A stretch of 61,583 bases of DNA, the filler included, from Gonapodya sp. JEL0774 (lineage: Eukaryota), in assembly GCA_027604505.1 (NCBI GenBank). It is 11 parts of 11 records of this genome, joined end to end, with 100 filler letters (N's around TTAATTAATTAA, not from the genome) between each part and the next. Parts side by side here need not be neighbours in the genome. Positions count along the whole stretch, not along the records: positions 44,915 to 50,410 come from JADIIX010000714.1; positions 50,511 to 56,001 come from JADIIX010000715.1; positions 56,102 to 61,583 come from JADIIX010000716.1; 8 more parts are not named here. One strand, written 5' to 3'. Position numbers and translations under genes: made by a program. The notes below the pieces were generated by a model. It had not been told where the DNA came from, made no database searches, and saw only the letters and a list, made by a program, of their open reading frames with translations. Of this stretch, positions 47,535 to 60,173 are shown one piece after another. The stretch's first letter is position 1. Every line of letters begins with the position of its first letter.

Positions 47535-48720
47535 GGGAAAGATCAGAGGATGATGCGGTGAACTGGTGAGACAGTGATGGTACGCAGGCTGGGGAACGCA
47601 CCATGGAGATGAGTACTTATGGCAGAGGGCGACGCAATCAATTCCTGCCCGCAGTTCCTGTTTCGGGCATAAGCGGTTAATCAATGTTTTGGAGGGTCAT
47701 CGCCAGTTAATATATTGGGACCACGTGTTTGCCGTGCAGCACCCATGGCCTCAATAATACCACGGAAAAATACTCATTTTCCCGGTACACCACTGACTCA
47801 CCACCAACCCTTCTCTGAAACACGAGGGCACAGCGGCGCATTCTCATGCGCTCTAGTCTCTCGCACTCTCTCAAATGCCTATGAGAGACAGTATGCAACG
47901 GCCGGTTGTTGTACTCCCGACGGAAGCTGGGAGGTAGCTCATCCACAGATCGCGGGACCTGCGCTGCGCCAGGTCGTCATGAACTGTGAACTGAGTGGGG
48001 TACTATAAAGCATGCGAAAGTCTCTCCTACAATACAATGTTCATGATCATCACTGTGCAGTACTCCGACGGCAACCAACATCACCTCAAACTTCAAAAAT
48101 CGATAACCTCGAGAACCGCGGACCCACACGCGTAAATCAACATCCAAACGATCCCCCTACTGTCCTAAAGCGCTGTACTTTAATGTGGCGCATTATTCCG
48201 GCGACGTCTGTCCCAACTAATACATGCACAAAACTCAAGGAAATACGAATGTGCTACCACTGATTGTGACATAACGTGCACGGTGCCTACACCTTCTGCT
48301 GCACTCACCAAAGTGGTTCCCACTGTATCGATGGAGGCGAGTGACATCTTTGATCTGCTGCGCATCGGATGGATGTGGCGCTGTTGTCCGGCGTTCTGAC
48401 GTCATCGCCCCCGCCTTCTTCTATCGATTCGCGCTGTTCCGCTTTCCCGTCCGCCGCCGATTTTCCATTTTCCAATCGCCCGATTCGATTCGATTTTCAC
48501 TGTAATGTGTATTTCAACTGATCTAACGCTTGGATTTTGTTGGGCGGAATCGTCTTGATTGTCTGTGGAATCGTTGTCGTGTCTCCTTCTTTCCCGGTGT
48601 CTGCCCGGTCTTCCCGCTCCCACTCAGCCGCCACCACCGCGTGCGGGTCTTCGCGCTCCCTCAGTCATCTCAAAACTCCCTGTCAAAACGCCCAAAACAC
48701 CCAAAGATTCGGCGGCTCCC

Positions 48721-50410
48721 ATGGACACTTCGGCGTCGCACTTGTCTTACGTCTCCCCGTTCTCCACGTCAAATCATGATATGTTCAGACCGAAATCACC
48801 GACACTCGCTTCTATCACTTCCGCGTTCTCGCTGGAATCAGTCAGAAATTCTCCCTTCTCAACGAAATCCATCAACCACGTCCTCGAGGCCGCACCGAAA
48901 ATGCCATCCCTCGCGTCACTCACCGCCGAGACAACAACGTCCATGGACACAGACGAAAACTTTCCCGTTCACACAACCACAGCTTTGAGCAAGTCTGTGG
49001 TACCGTCAAAGGTCACCACGGGTGCTGGTGCAGGTTCAAAGTCCGTCACAACGGCACTCGGGAAACGTCAACGAACCGCTCCCGACTCTGCACCAGTACC
49101 AGCCGCATCGTCAAGAAACGTCAAGCAAAAGACCTGTGAGTTGAGATGGATCTCTGGAAGGGATCAGAGTATCTCGGTTGACTGGATTCGGATGAATCAG
49201 AGTCTCAAAGTATGACCCAGTTTCACGACCACTGTAACTCCTCTGCTGAGCCGTCGTTGAGACCAAACTTCATACGTATATTTTGACTGGACTCTGTGCT
49301 CTTGGAATCACGGCGGAGAGCATGCGAGCGATGCTTGTGTGGCGCAAATGGTGTAAGACCTGCCAGGTGCAAGGTCCCCGTACAACCTGGAACGGGCAAT
49401 ATGCTCTTCAAACCAGTGTACAGCTACTCTCGGCAATTGCAATAGGCTCGCTCAACTACCATCGCGAATGCTCATCCATCCACCGACTCACCTGACCATT
49501 CTCACTCTGCACAACCCACAGCTCACCCCGCCCCCGCCCCAGCCCCCGCCAGAAAGCCACCCACTCGTGCCGCGCCACCTCCACGCTCCGCCCTTCCACC
49601 CCGAACGACGCGTACTACCGCCACCTCCATCAAGAAACCAGCCACCACCAACACTACCACCACGGCCTCCGCTCCCAGCGACCCTTCCACCACCACCACC
49701 ACCACTCCCCCCCGACCCAAACGAGCCGCCTGGGACGTCAAGGGCCGTCTCGCGGACCTCGAATCCAGCAACGCTCACCTTCTGCACCTCCGTTCCACCA
49801 CGACCACGACCCTGACGAGCTTGCAGGAGAAACTGGAGCACAGCGAGCGCACCGTGAGGGAGTTGAGGGAGGGGCAGGAGAGGTGGGCTAGGGAGCAGGC
49901 GGTGAGGGAGGAGGAAAGGAGAGTCAGGGAGAGGGAGGAGGAGAGGGGGAGGGGGGGGAGGGAGCGGGAAGTGAGTTGTGGGTTGGAAAGCGGTTCGGCA
50001 TGGGCCTGCACACGCGGGTTCGGTGGACCAGTCAACCGAGTCATTTTCATCCTCTCTCCACACATCTCCTGCACACCGCCTTTCAGGCCCTGGTCCAACA
50101 ACACGCCTCGGAACTCCACCACCTCCGCACCACGCACGCCAGGGAAGTGGACGACCTTCGCGACGAGCTCAAGAGGTACGAAAGGAGGTACAAGGATGCG
50201 GAGGAACTGGCAGAGGAGAGGAGGAGGGAGGGGGAGAGATTGAAGGTGGGTGGTGTAGGAGGTGGTGGGGGATTTGCCCCAGCAGGGGGCGGAAAAGAGA
50301 CTCGCGTGGTATCCCAAGAGGAGCAGTAGGTCATTTGGTGGCTCCTCTGAAAGGAAATGCGATGGGCGCTCTTTTGGGACCATGAGTGACCGACCTCGCC
50401 TGTTGGTCTT
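48721..50410 (+). CDS. Kinesin-14 (Kar3/KIFC1/Ncd-like), N-terminal tail and coiled coil; motor domain lost at contig end
   Basis: Basic S/T/P-rich tail with RPKRAAWDVKGRLADLE (compare KIFC1 KRPAWDLKG), followed by an E/R-rich coiled coil. Confidence 0.65.
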
Positions 50411-50510
50411 NNNNNNNNNNNNNNNNNNNNNNNNNNNNNNNNNNNNNNNNNNNNTTAATTAATTAANNNNNNNNNNNNNNNNNNNNNNNNNNNNNNNNNN
50501 NNNNNNNNNN

Positions 50511-51143
50511 CACACTATTGGGGTCTGCACCGACCACGGTGCGGACTTGAATACCATTGAGGTGAAGGTGGAAGGTGGGCATGGCCTTGTTGTGCATATT
50601 CAAATGGGACCACAAAGGATGACCACGGCAACAAGAGCCATTTGGACATAAATAATGTTGAGTACAAAAAGAGTGCAGAGTGGTTAGTGCCAGTTTGGAC
50701 CTAGGTTCAGTCAGCCAAACGATGACTCACCGTGATATTGCGTTGCTTCACCAGGTCGGGCAAGAGAGCAACGTCCACAGACACAAACGTGGCGACGGGG
50801 GAGAAGTCACGGGAAAGTTGCTCAATAGCGGGTCGCACCCGTGTGCATGGTCCGCACCAGACTAATATGATGGGGATGGATACGGATGAGCACGTGATAA
50901 TGGGATGCGGGAGACAATGGTGGGTCCCATTGAAACTGAAGCAAATCCTCACCGGCGTAGAATTCCTTTATAATGATAGCGTCGAGGAGTCATCATGGTG
51001 TATCAGCAATCCACTGTTTAGTGCAGGGAAGCGTCCGGTGGCCGTTTCTGCAGTTCATCTGAACGCACCACAACGACGACTTTTTCCTCCGTTTCCAGGA
51101 TCTTGCTGAGCTGCTCCGCGCTAGTGATGTCGACGATCGGCAT
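50511..51143 (-). CDS. Thioredoxin or thioredoxin-domain protein (3' truncated)
   Basis: MPIVDITSAEQL...KVVVV|EFYA|VWCGPCTRVRP...FVSVDV...IT|AMPTF...VVGADP. Confidence 0.9.
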
Positions 51144-51752
51144 TCTACAAGGGTCGAGAGGTGTCTGAAAATGAAGTAAATGTTGAGGCGTGAGCTGATG
51201 AAGTCCAAGTTCATTCCCGAGTTCGAGATCTGTCGATTCAAGCACGCTCTTCGACAATGGCTGTTACCATAGCTGTGTCTATGTTCACCTTTGTGGAATC
51301 GAGCTGGAAACTTGAAGTTTTTCGGAAATGCGGTTGCTCTGTGTCGCGTGAAAGAGGATGCACTCCTCTGACAAACGTGGCGGAGCCGGCTGTTTCCGGC
51401 GTTTCCGAGATTGTTATTGTAAAGCCTCTTTTGGCAACAATCAGTCACATTAATTGTTTACCAAAATGGAGTAGGCGAAATGGTCAATCCTTTAAATTCT
51501 TGAGCATCATGCAAGCGAACTCGTATGGAGCCGATTCTGGCCATCACAAGTTTGCTGTCTGGGAGATTCTCCAAATGACTTTTATGGGGTCACGTGGACT
51601 CTTGCGATAACTTTTTGGAGAAGAGAAAAATGAGTGACGAAAACTCTCAGCGGGATATGAGTTTATACCTTGGCTTGTGCGAAATGTTGATGAGGGACTG
51701 TGGAAGGGGGTTCATGCTCACGATTCAATACATAATTATACCGCCCAACCAA

Positions 51753-54466
51753 ATGAGCCCCACGACCATCGCCCCCCCTTTTTCACCGCTGTTCTCGCCC
51801 AGCGCGTCGACAAACACGCTCGCACTCGAACAAGTCAAGGCCTCCGAGTCACGAGAGTCACTCACGACGACATCCACGCTCAATTGGCCCCCTGCAAAAG
51901 GTCCCCCGCGGATGGCTCCCATCCACGCATCGGCCCGAGGATGGCTCCAGAAACTCGGCACAAATGGGAAATGGCAGAAACGATATTTTGTCTTGGATGG
52001 TGACAGAGGCAAATTCGAGTACGGATACGGAACTTTGTTGGAGAAGGAGGGCATCGGGAGAATCGCCTGGAGCGTCGGCGTGGGCGATATCGCCAGGGTG
52101 AGTACACGTTTATCAAACAATTGATTCAGGATTGAGCACTTATGTACTCCTGTATGCTGTTGGGCACGATAGGCTAGCGTGACTGATGAGCGCGAGAAGA
52201 AGTGGTGGCGTAAGGGGTGAGTTTGATCAATGCCAAAACGCGTTGATTTCGACCAGATTGACGCGTCTCTTCTCTTTATTGACGCTTCTTTTTCTCTTTT
52301 TGCGGTTTTTTTTTAACTCAGATGGCACGGTATGTCCCCGAATCAATCGAATCTTGCAGTATTCATCTGACTAACACGTGGTGCCAAATATTCCTCCTCC
52401 AATTCGCTCTCGCTCTCGCCTTCATAAAAGCTTTCACTGTCTACCTCATTGACGAGTCGTCAATTACTCTCGCCACCCACTCCGCTGCTGGCATGTACCG
52501 TTGGATCTATGCCATTCGCGATGCCACGTACCCTTGGGACAGTTCTCTCAAGAAACATTCGCTCCCACGAATCGACACCTCACGTAGTAAAGAAACCCAA
52601 TCGAAACCGGCCAGCGCCCCCGCATCTGCATCGGGGAGCCGTCCAAACTCGAACGAAATGCTCCGGACAACTGCACTCGGCTACCACGGCGGCAAATCGC
52701 TCGCCGCTTCTTCTACCGTCGCGGACCTGCAGATTTTCCGAGCCAACTCGGTAAAGCACGACCAGCAGCCTCCCCCAGCCGCCCCACTGAAGATTGTCAC
52801 CTTTGCCGCGTCGCCGTCCTCCGATTCCCCCGCGAGTCCTTCTCCTCGTTACTCCCCTCCAAAATCGACCAATCCACATTCACCCACCAAATCCGCACTC
52901 GCGAATTCCTCGTCCAACTCTCCCACCAAACTTCATGCCCGCTCCAACACCGCCAACTCCATTTCGGGCGAAGCGAGCTCTTCCCGTCTCCGCACCGGTC
53001 CCCGCCCTCCCGGGGCCTCTATGGACGACCCCGGCTACACACGGAAACGACGCAGCATGTCCGCGCCTCTCATGGACCTGGTCGCCGCGTCTGCGGCGTT
53101 GCCACCTCGAGCTGCCCCAGTGGCGACCCGAATGTCGACAGAGGAACCGCATCCGGTTGCTCCCACATCCGCCGCCCCAATGAACAACAGTGCCACCGAT
53201 TCTACACCTGTACACCGCCACCGACGCACCGAGTCCATTTCGTCTCTCGATGATTTCACCGCGGTGGTCGGGCACCCCCACCCAGACCATCCCGCACTCA
53301 CCCGTCTTCACTCGTCCGCTCGTACACTTCCCGGACCCGCAGACCGTGACGGATGGTCCGTGCGAACCCCGTCAGTACCCTCTATGGGCCCTCCGTCGCC
53401 ACCAGGTCACGCAAGTGCGGCAAAGGGACTTACCAAGCTCGGCGCCACATGGGGCGGCGAGGTGCATTCCGCGACCGAGCCCGATACCGAGTGTGAGGCG
53501 CAATCATCCTCCACCACGTCTTCGAAGACAGCCGGCGGTGATTCAAACGGGTCTGTGGGAACCGACAGGTCGAGAAGCGCCAGTAGCGGAGACGGATCGA
53601 CCACCGTGGTCGGCCAGCATTCTCGGCGCGGATCGGAGGTGTCTTTTGCGGGGCCTGGCTTTGATAGAATACCTACGCGCCGGATGGACGGCCCCACTCC
53701 GGCGCCGATCCCACCACCGCGTGCAGCTCCGCGCCTCAAGACCGCGGCCACGGTGGTGGCTGTCGCTCAATCATTGAAAGCGTCCACCAGCGGACACAGC
53801 ATCAGCAGTACTATGGCGCACGCGACCGCTCTAGGATCGCACAGGGTGACCAGCGGTGACATGAAGGGGCTCATGCCTGTGGACACCCGTCCTTCTCGAT
53901 CACGGTCTCCATCCGCTCCTCGAACCGGTCTGTCCCACTCCGCCTCAAGCGCGACACTGACCCTCACCGCGCCCGCCGAGGTCTCCGCCATCTCCCACTT
54001 ATCCTCCACCATCGCCGCCCTCGTGCCCGTGATGCTGGCCACGTGTCCTCCCAGCCCAGCCCTTGTACACACGGTGTACTCTCTTTCAGCAGAGATCGGC
54101 GCCCACGCACACTCCCTCACCAGCGGTCCGGGGGGCACGGGCGGTCTCGACGCGTCCACACCCGCCAAACTACGCCTCCGGCGGCGTGCTGCGTCGGAGC
54201 TCTCGGACGCGATCTGGGAGATCCAGCGGCTCTTGGCTGCCCGAGGAGCCATAGAGGCAGGCGAAGGCGAGATGGACGAGGAAGAGTGGGTCGAGCAGGT
54301 CGAGGAGGCGGTGGAGGTGGTGGAAATGAGGGCCGGGCAGGTGAGGGAGGTGTACGCCTATGTGGGAGGTACTGCATCCGGCAAGGTCCCCATTGGGGGT
54401 GCGAGATCGAGAGGGAGGACGGGGTCGAGTGGATATGGGATGGTGGAAGTGACGGCCGCGCAGTGA
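51753..54466 (+). CDS. PH-domain protein with long disordered S/P-rich region and helical C-terminus
   Basis: RGWLQKLGTNGKWQKRYFVLDG ... ITLATHSAAGMYRWIYAIR. Confidence 0.8.
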
Positions 54467-54905
54467 ACTGGAGGGCGCGCGCTCATGATCATGATCGGGC
54501 ACGTCAACATAACGGGACTGGCTCTGGCAAAAACCTTTTGGATCACAGATTTGCAATGGCAGATCAAGCTGGCGACAGTTTTTGCAGTGTCTCTCGCAAG
54601 TTTCGTCTCGTACTTTGGATTCTTTTCGGTACCCTTTTTCCGAACCCTCCATGATCCTAACGTACTTAGAGGGTTCACTTGATCAATTGGTTTCGCGAAC
54701 AGTACTGGCACAATTCACAACCACAACCGTAGTACCCCACTGTACCATAGAGTCACATTTGTTTTGCCGTGAAGCAGTGCTAATAGAATATCTTTTAGTT
54801 GTTCTAATTCTGCACGTGGTTCCAAACCAAAAACGATCTGGCGAAATCATCAGATTACCTAGATGCGGATGCACATCTCGTTGCTTCAGAGATCACTACG
54901 ATCAT

Positions 54906-56001
54906 CTATCCGTACAACTTTACGAAACACGTCGGGCAATACGCTTTACCACCCCTCTCCCTCATGGTGGTGAGTTGCGACGCGAGGCTCTTTTGGCAAA
55001 ACCTAGATCACACCACAAAATCCATACAAAAAGCAACAAAGATCAGCCATCAACAACCGTTGTAACCTCTCCCTTCTTTTCTGACAGCATGACTCACCCG
55101 CACGCCAGATGCTCCGCGTGCCACCGCTTCCCCAGGGCCTGGACACACCGTCCTACAATGGGCTTGGAGCAACCTGGACATATCGCGCCCCGTTTGGCAT
55201 TGTAGTGTTGCTCGCAGTATGGGAACCCATCGTACTCAAAGTATTGGCCCGTGGTGAAGGGGTTGTGGCACTCCTACACGCCGGCCGAACGACCACAGGA
55301 TCAACCGACCGAAAAACGGTTCCCCCTGGAAACTTTCGCGACCACCGGGAAGAGAACTCACCGTACACGTGAAGCAACTCGTATGCCACGCCCCCTCGAT
55401 GGCACTGACATACTCCCCGATGATCTGCTTGTTGCAGCTGCGACACTTTTGGGCAAACAGGCCACCGTAGCACGCCTCGCAGTAGGCCTTTCCGTCCTTT
55501 TCCATGAACGTGACGGGCTTGTCGGATGGAGTGGCGGGGGTGTTGGTGGTGTTGGACGTGGTGGTGGTGCCTCCGCCGCCGCCGCCGCCGCCGGGGGTAC
55601 CGAGCTGGGCAAAGGCGAACCCGCACTGGCAACAGAAGAAGTGGTCGCGGTGCCAGACCTTGTCGATGGCCCGGATGCATTCCTGTGCCGATCAAGGGGG
55701 GGGGGGGGGGAGGAGGTGGTTCACACCTCTTGCTCAGCCCACTGTCACCCAGTACCACCTTCGGCACCTCTTAACCCCAAACTCACATCCGTCACCGCCT
55801 CTCCACAAAACCCACACCTCGGGCTAAACAGCAGGTGAAAGCACCCCTCACAATACGGCGTCCCCTCCCTCTCCACGAACAGCCTCCCCGTGAGGTTTTT
55901 CCCACACTCCGACCTCCCGCACAAGAAGTGCTTCGGGTGGTAGAATTTGGTACCAGCCTTGGTGTACGAGGTGTCGCAGGGGGTGCCGCATGTGGAGCAG
56001 A
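54906..56001 (-). CDS. Paxillin-like multi-LIM protein (5' truncated)
   Basis: Successive LIM domains (WHRDHFFCCQC, CRSCNKQI..WHTSCFTC, CPGCSKPIVGRCVQALGKRWHAEH); ends YCPTCFVKLYG*. Confidence 0.88.
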
Positions 56002-56101
56002 NNNNNNNNNNNNNNNNNNNNNNNNNNNNNNNNNNNNNNNNNNNNTTAATTAATTAANNNNNNNNNNNNNNNNNNNNNNNNNNNNNNNNNNNNNNNNNNN
56101 N

Positions 56102-56581
56102 ACAATCAAGTACCAGCGGTGCGCAGCTTTCTGTCAAAGGAAGTCTGCATATCCTCCGTTGGTCCTAGTAGTCATACAATTTTTGTACGTCTAAGGAAGG
56201 TGACCATAGCCTTTGGCGACAATCAGATTTCAAGTCACGTTACTATACTAGATATCAGAATGCTCACAATGCCCATGTGCCGGCGTGCAGGCCTCTTCCC
56301 AACCGTCTGCTTGTCCTCCAAAATATCTGAAGACAATTTGGGGAGCTCAGATTGCATGTCAAGTGGACTAAACTCAACAAAGTGAGCTCACCTGGATTAC
56401 TCATAAGATCGATTCTCGAAACGCTCCCAAAGGGTCTGAGCGCCCTCGCCAGCTCGCTTGCAGAAGCCTCAACGGGAACGCCCGCAACTACAAACATCAC
56501 CTCTCCAACCTTGGGGAAAGGCTGTTCTCGCAACCACTCAAGGGCATCATCCGAGAAAGTTGAACCGGGTAGTGCTTCCAT
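56102..56581 (-). CDS. Possible RRM-containing protein (3' truncated)
   Basis: MFVVAGVPVEASASELARALRPFGSVSRIDL resembles RRM RNP2-helix1-beta2; followed by a splice donor. Confidence 0.4.
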
Positions 56582-56784
56582 GCGCTGAGCACCACGGTAA
56601 TAGAATATGACCACTTTTCGCTGCACGACGTCACCACTATGAACTACCCGATTCTGGAACCCCCTACTCCATCTCTGCCCTCCACTTCTCCAACTAAACA
56701 TTTACATATAATCGCCAAAAAAATAGATTCGTAGATTTATGCGGTGGATCGGTCAGATCTGAGCGAGTCTGACAAGTTCATTGA

Positions 56785-58671
56785 TCATCGTCCCGACATG
56801 TGCGGTCGCGTGGCTTTGTAACTGCCACCATACGCACCACTGTAGCTCGATTTAGGTGAGTCTGGATTATAGCTTCGGGTCGTATCCGGAAACCGAGGAA
56901 GATTAGAAGGTATCCAGTCAGCTTCCGGCCGGTCTTGCGGACCCCTCTGATCCCGAACACGATAGTGAGGATGATCCATCATTTCGCGTTCATGCCTGCC
57001 ACGCGCGCTCCGTGCACTCTGCGGCGACCTCTCTCGCTCACGATTACGTTCACGTGAACGAACTTTGCTCTCAACACGGCGATCGGCCCTCCCATCTCGT
57101 CTCTCATCTCTGTCCCCACGTCGGCGTTTACCTCTTCGATCCCGATCACTGTCAATAGTATGTTCATCGCTATCACCACTGGATTCTGGCTTTGCAGATG
57201 CGGCTGCTTCCGCTCGCAAGCGTCTCTTTTTTGCACTTCGACTGAGTTTATCTTCTTGGTGCGATACTCGGCTCAACCTCCTTTTGTGATCAGCAATGGT
57301 TTCTGCCGCCCGCACAGCCTGAGAAGAAAATATAGTCGGAATTGTGATAGACAATCGAGGATTAGGGCAGTTCTACCAGAACCCCAAGGATGCAATTAAA
57401 ACGGTTTGACGACATGCAGATATCAGCCCGAACTCACATCGCCTTAGATTCGAGGTAAAATCAAATCAAACCGTTGGAAAGTCGCAGAGCCATCACTACA
57501 TCAAGCATTGAGTGACGATGAGCAAGAAGACGGTGGACTCACCCCAGTGGCTTCCACTACCACAGACGTAGCAAGTAGGGTCCACGCGGACATCTGTCGG
57601 AAATGGTTCCTGAAATATATAGGTACGGAATAGAGCAGGGCATTCCTGCAGAGATTGTGTGGTTTTTCGAGATAAACGAATGGACAATTCCAGGGTTGGC
57701 ATTTGATATCGGGCCCAATAAGACTGAATGCACTTCCTCACGTGGATTGAGTGAATCCATTTTCGCGCATATTCGCAGGACGTGCAGTTCGAGCGCACCG
57801 CCCTTGTGGGGCAAGTCTAGCAGTCCCCAACCAGGTGCAACGATGTTAGGTTAGGTTGAAAAAATCGACGACGAGACAAACCTGGCGTCTATGACCCATG
57901 TTGCCACCTATTAACGAGACAGCATATCAGGAGCGAGGTAAGGTACCCCGAAAATGGTGGAGGTGGTCGTTCTCCGACCCGCCGTTCAACTCACAATTGA
58001 AACACACACTGGTAGTGTAAGGACATTGCTGCGGGTTATGCTTCTCGTCGCAAAATATACAAATGTCGGCGTTGTCCACTTTATCCTTGCAATTGCGGGC
58101 GATATGCCCAACTCGTCGGCAGTAAAAACACTTTGTGTGAGGATTAAACGGTCCAGAGGGGGCAGAAGTGTCTGCAGCCTGGAAGTATCTAGTGAATGAC
58201 GTCTATTTTTGAATGATGGAAGCAGGTGGGCCGTCGTGAGGCGGCAGCGACGGGGCGATGTTGACGTCTCGTGCTTCCACATTGGAACTGATCTGGGCAG
58301 TCACTCTCACCTTGACCTGCCTGTCTGATTCTTCCATCACTGATATGGCGGGCTGAGGTACTTTCACAAGTGCAGGTACAGGCCCGTCGTCGTCCTCAGA
58401 AGACTGTCCTCCAATTTCGTCCTGAGATTCGAGGACTCCTTGTGTTGAAGAACTCGTAGACTCGCCACCAGCACCCGAAGAGCGCGAGGAGCCATCAGAA
58501 AACTCCATATCTACCTCCTCATCGTCAGTATCTGAGACTTCCGATGGAGAAGTTTGGTGGGAAGAAATCGACCGTTCAAAGACCGCACCAACATCAGAGA
58601 CAAGCTAACAAGGTTCACTCACGTCTATTTTCTTGTTTCCTCTCGTCATGCGAAGCCTCGAGTGCGCTCAT
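56785..58671 (-). CDS. Air1/Air2 (ZCCHC7)-like zinc-knuckle protein, TRAMP subunit
   Basis: RYF motif then CFYCRRVGHIARNC, CIFCDEKHNPQQC, VCFNC..., ECPALFRTY (compare the Air IWRxY motif), CYVCGSGSHW|GD|NC; R/S/D-rich tail. The start is approximate. Confidence 0.8.
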
Positions 58672-60173
58672 GTTTTCGAGGTCTCCCGCTGGACAACGTT
58701 ATGTCAACGACCCGTTTACAAATATATGTTGCACGAAACACGGAGCAGCATAGCATGACAGTGACTGGAAAACATTGAACCTCCTCGAATCACTTATGGC
58801 TGCACCCTCTTGTGGCTGGAGTGCTCGAACCAAATCTATCGCTCAATTCACCTATTGCACTAAACCTTAACCCTTTACCCCAAAAGGCTCAGCAGAATTG
58901 AATTCAATGTCTGGTCGAAGTTTCGCACTGTCACCATAACCCTACGCCCCCTAACCTCTGCTCTAGTCCTGGTGCAGAAATAGAGACGAACCAAATGACA
59001 GACCAAAGACGGAAGATAGGGATTGGTACAGTAATTCCATATTATGAAGGCCGCGAGAGCACTCAAACAACCGCCAGTATCATTTAGGTAGGCAGACTAT
59101 AATACACGGTTAGTACTGAATTGAGTGTGGGATGGTTGGCATTTTTGAAGAAAGGACATCGGATTCAAACGTAGCTCCGTCAACCTTACGGAAAAGCTCC
59201 AGTCGGTAGGATCCTTGACTCACGTAAAACACACCAAAAACAGCCACGACACAGAATAGTGAGTCCTATATCAGGGAATCACAGTCTAAGCTATTCCATG
59301 TTGCATTCAAGATTCCCAGTTCCCGCAGTTGGTGCAACACCCACCGTAATATAGGAGTCCTGAGCGAGTCCATCTGAGTCAGCGTCCCACAGGCAGCGGC
59401 ACGCCATTCTTTGTGTGGAATCGTGATTGTACAGAATATAGAACAGGTGTATGACGGCAGTTCGTTCGTGGACCACAACATTATACGCACCGAGCTCCCT
59501 CCCCCCGGTTCTCTCCAAGAGAAACATTGACGATTATTTTGTATCGAGGCAGATCCAATTCTATGAGACCGCACGCAGTCAGTGACGGTCGCCGGTCTTC
59601 TCAATTATCCGGTTACCTCACCTTTCACCTTATTCCGAACCTCGTCGGCAATTTCTTTTGTCCACCTGCCTGCCAGATCCGGGTCGTATTGTACACCTTT
59701 GAGTCGATCTACAAGGACTTGGTGCACCTGGAGAGAACTCTAATCAGTAAATCTCGTCGACAAGACCGCCATAATTGGTGGCGGAACCAAGACACGCGTA
59801 TAGGTGGCACAACGCTCACAATTCTCTGGATCAGAGAGCCTCGAAACCTATCGGAAGCGGTTAATCATTTGAGGTCCGGGGTGAAACCATATGGCAAGCG
59901 CGGAGGAACGCCCAGCGTGCCCGTGTATGTCAATCTCTCGCAGAGGTTCACTCGCTGGCTCACTTTTGCTTGTAGTTCGGTCGGATAACAAATGAATTTC
60001 CATCTGTAGTAGGTTCAGTGGATTTCTCGTCAGTGGCTATCATGATTTTGAATGGTTCATTTGAGAGGCGTGCGCACAGTATGATCGGATGCACGACAGT
60101 GAGCACTTGAACGTTTCAAACACATTGTGAAATTGGAAACAACATGCGAATCCTAACGACCTTGGGCCTGCCG

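Noticed and set aside
47535..47684. N-terminal extension of the 555-aa monooxygenase ORF
   Set aside because: It starts at a non-ATG codon; the ATG at 47534 just before the Rossmann motif is more plausible.
49488..50383. Pro/Gly-rich minus-strand and alternative-frame ORFs
   Set aside because: Low-complexity shadows of the kinesin tail and coiled-coil exons.
55181..55195. Suspected frameshift before the last LIM domain
   Set aside because: Recounting gives AAA CGG GGC GCG, so the frame is intact after splicing.
59527..59988. 153-aa ORF upstream of the ABTB1-like gene
   Set aside because: Non-ATG start and no recognisable motif or splice support.
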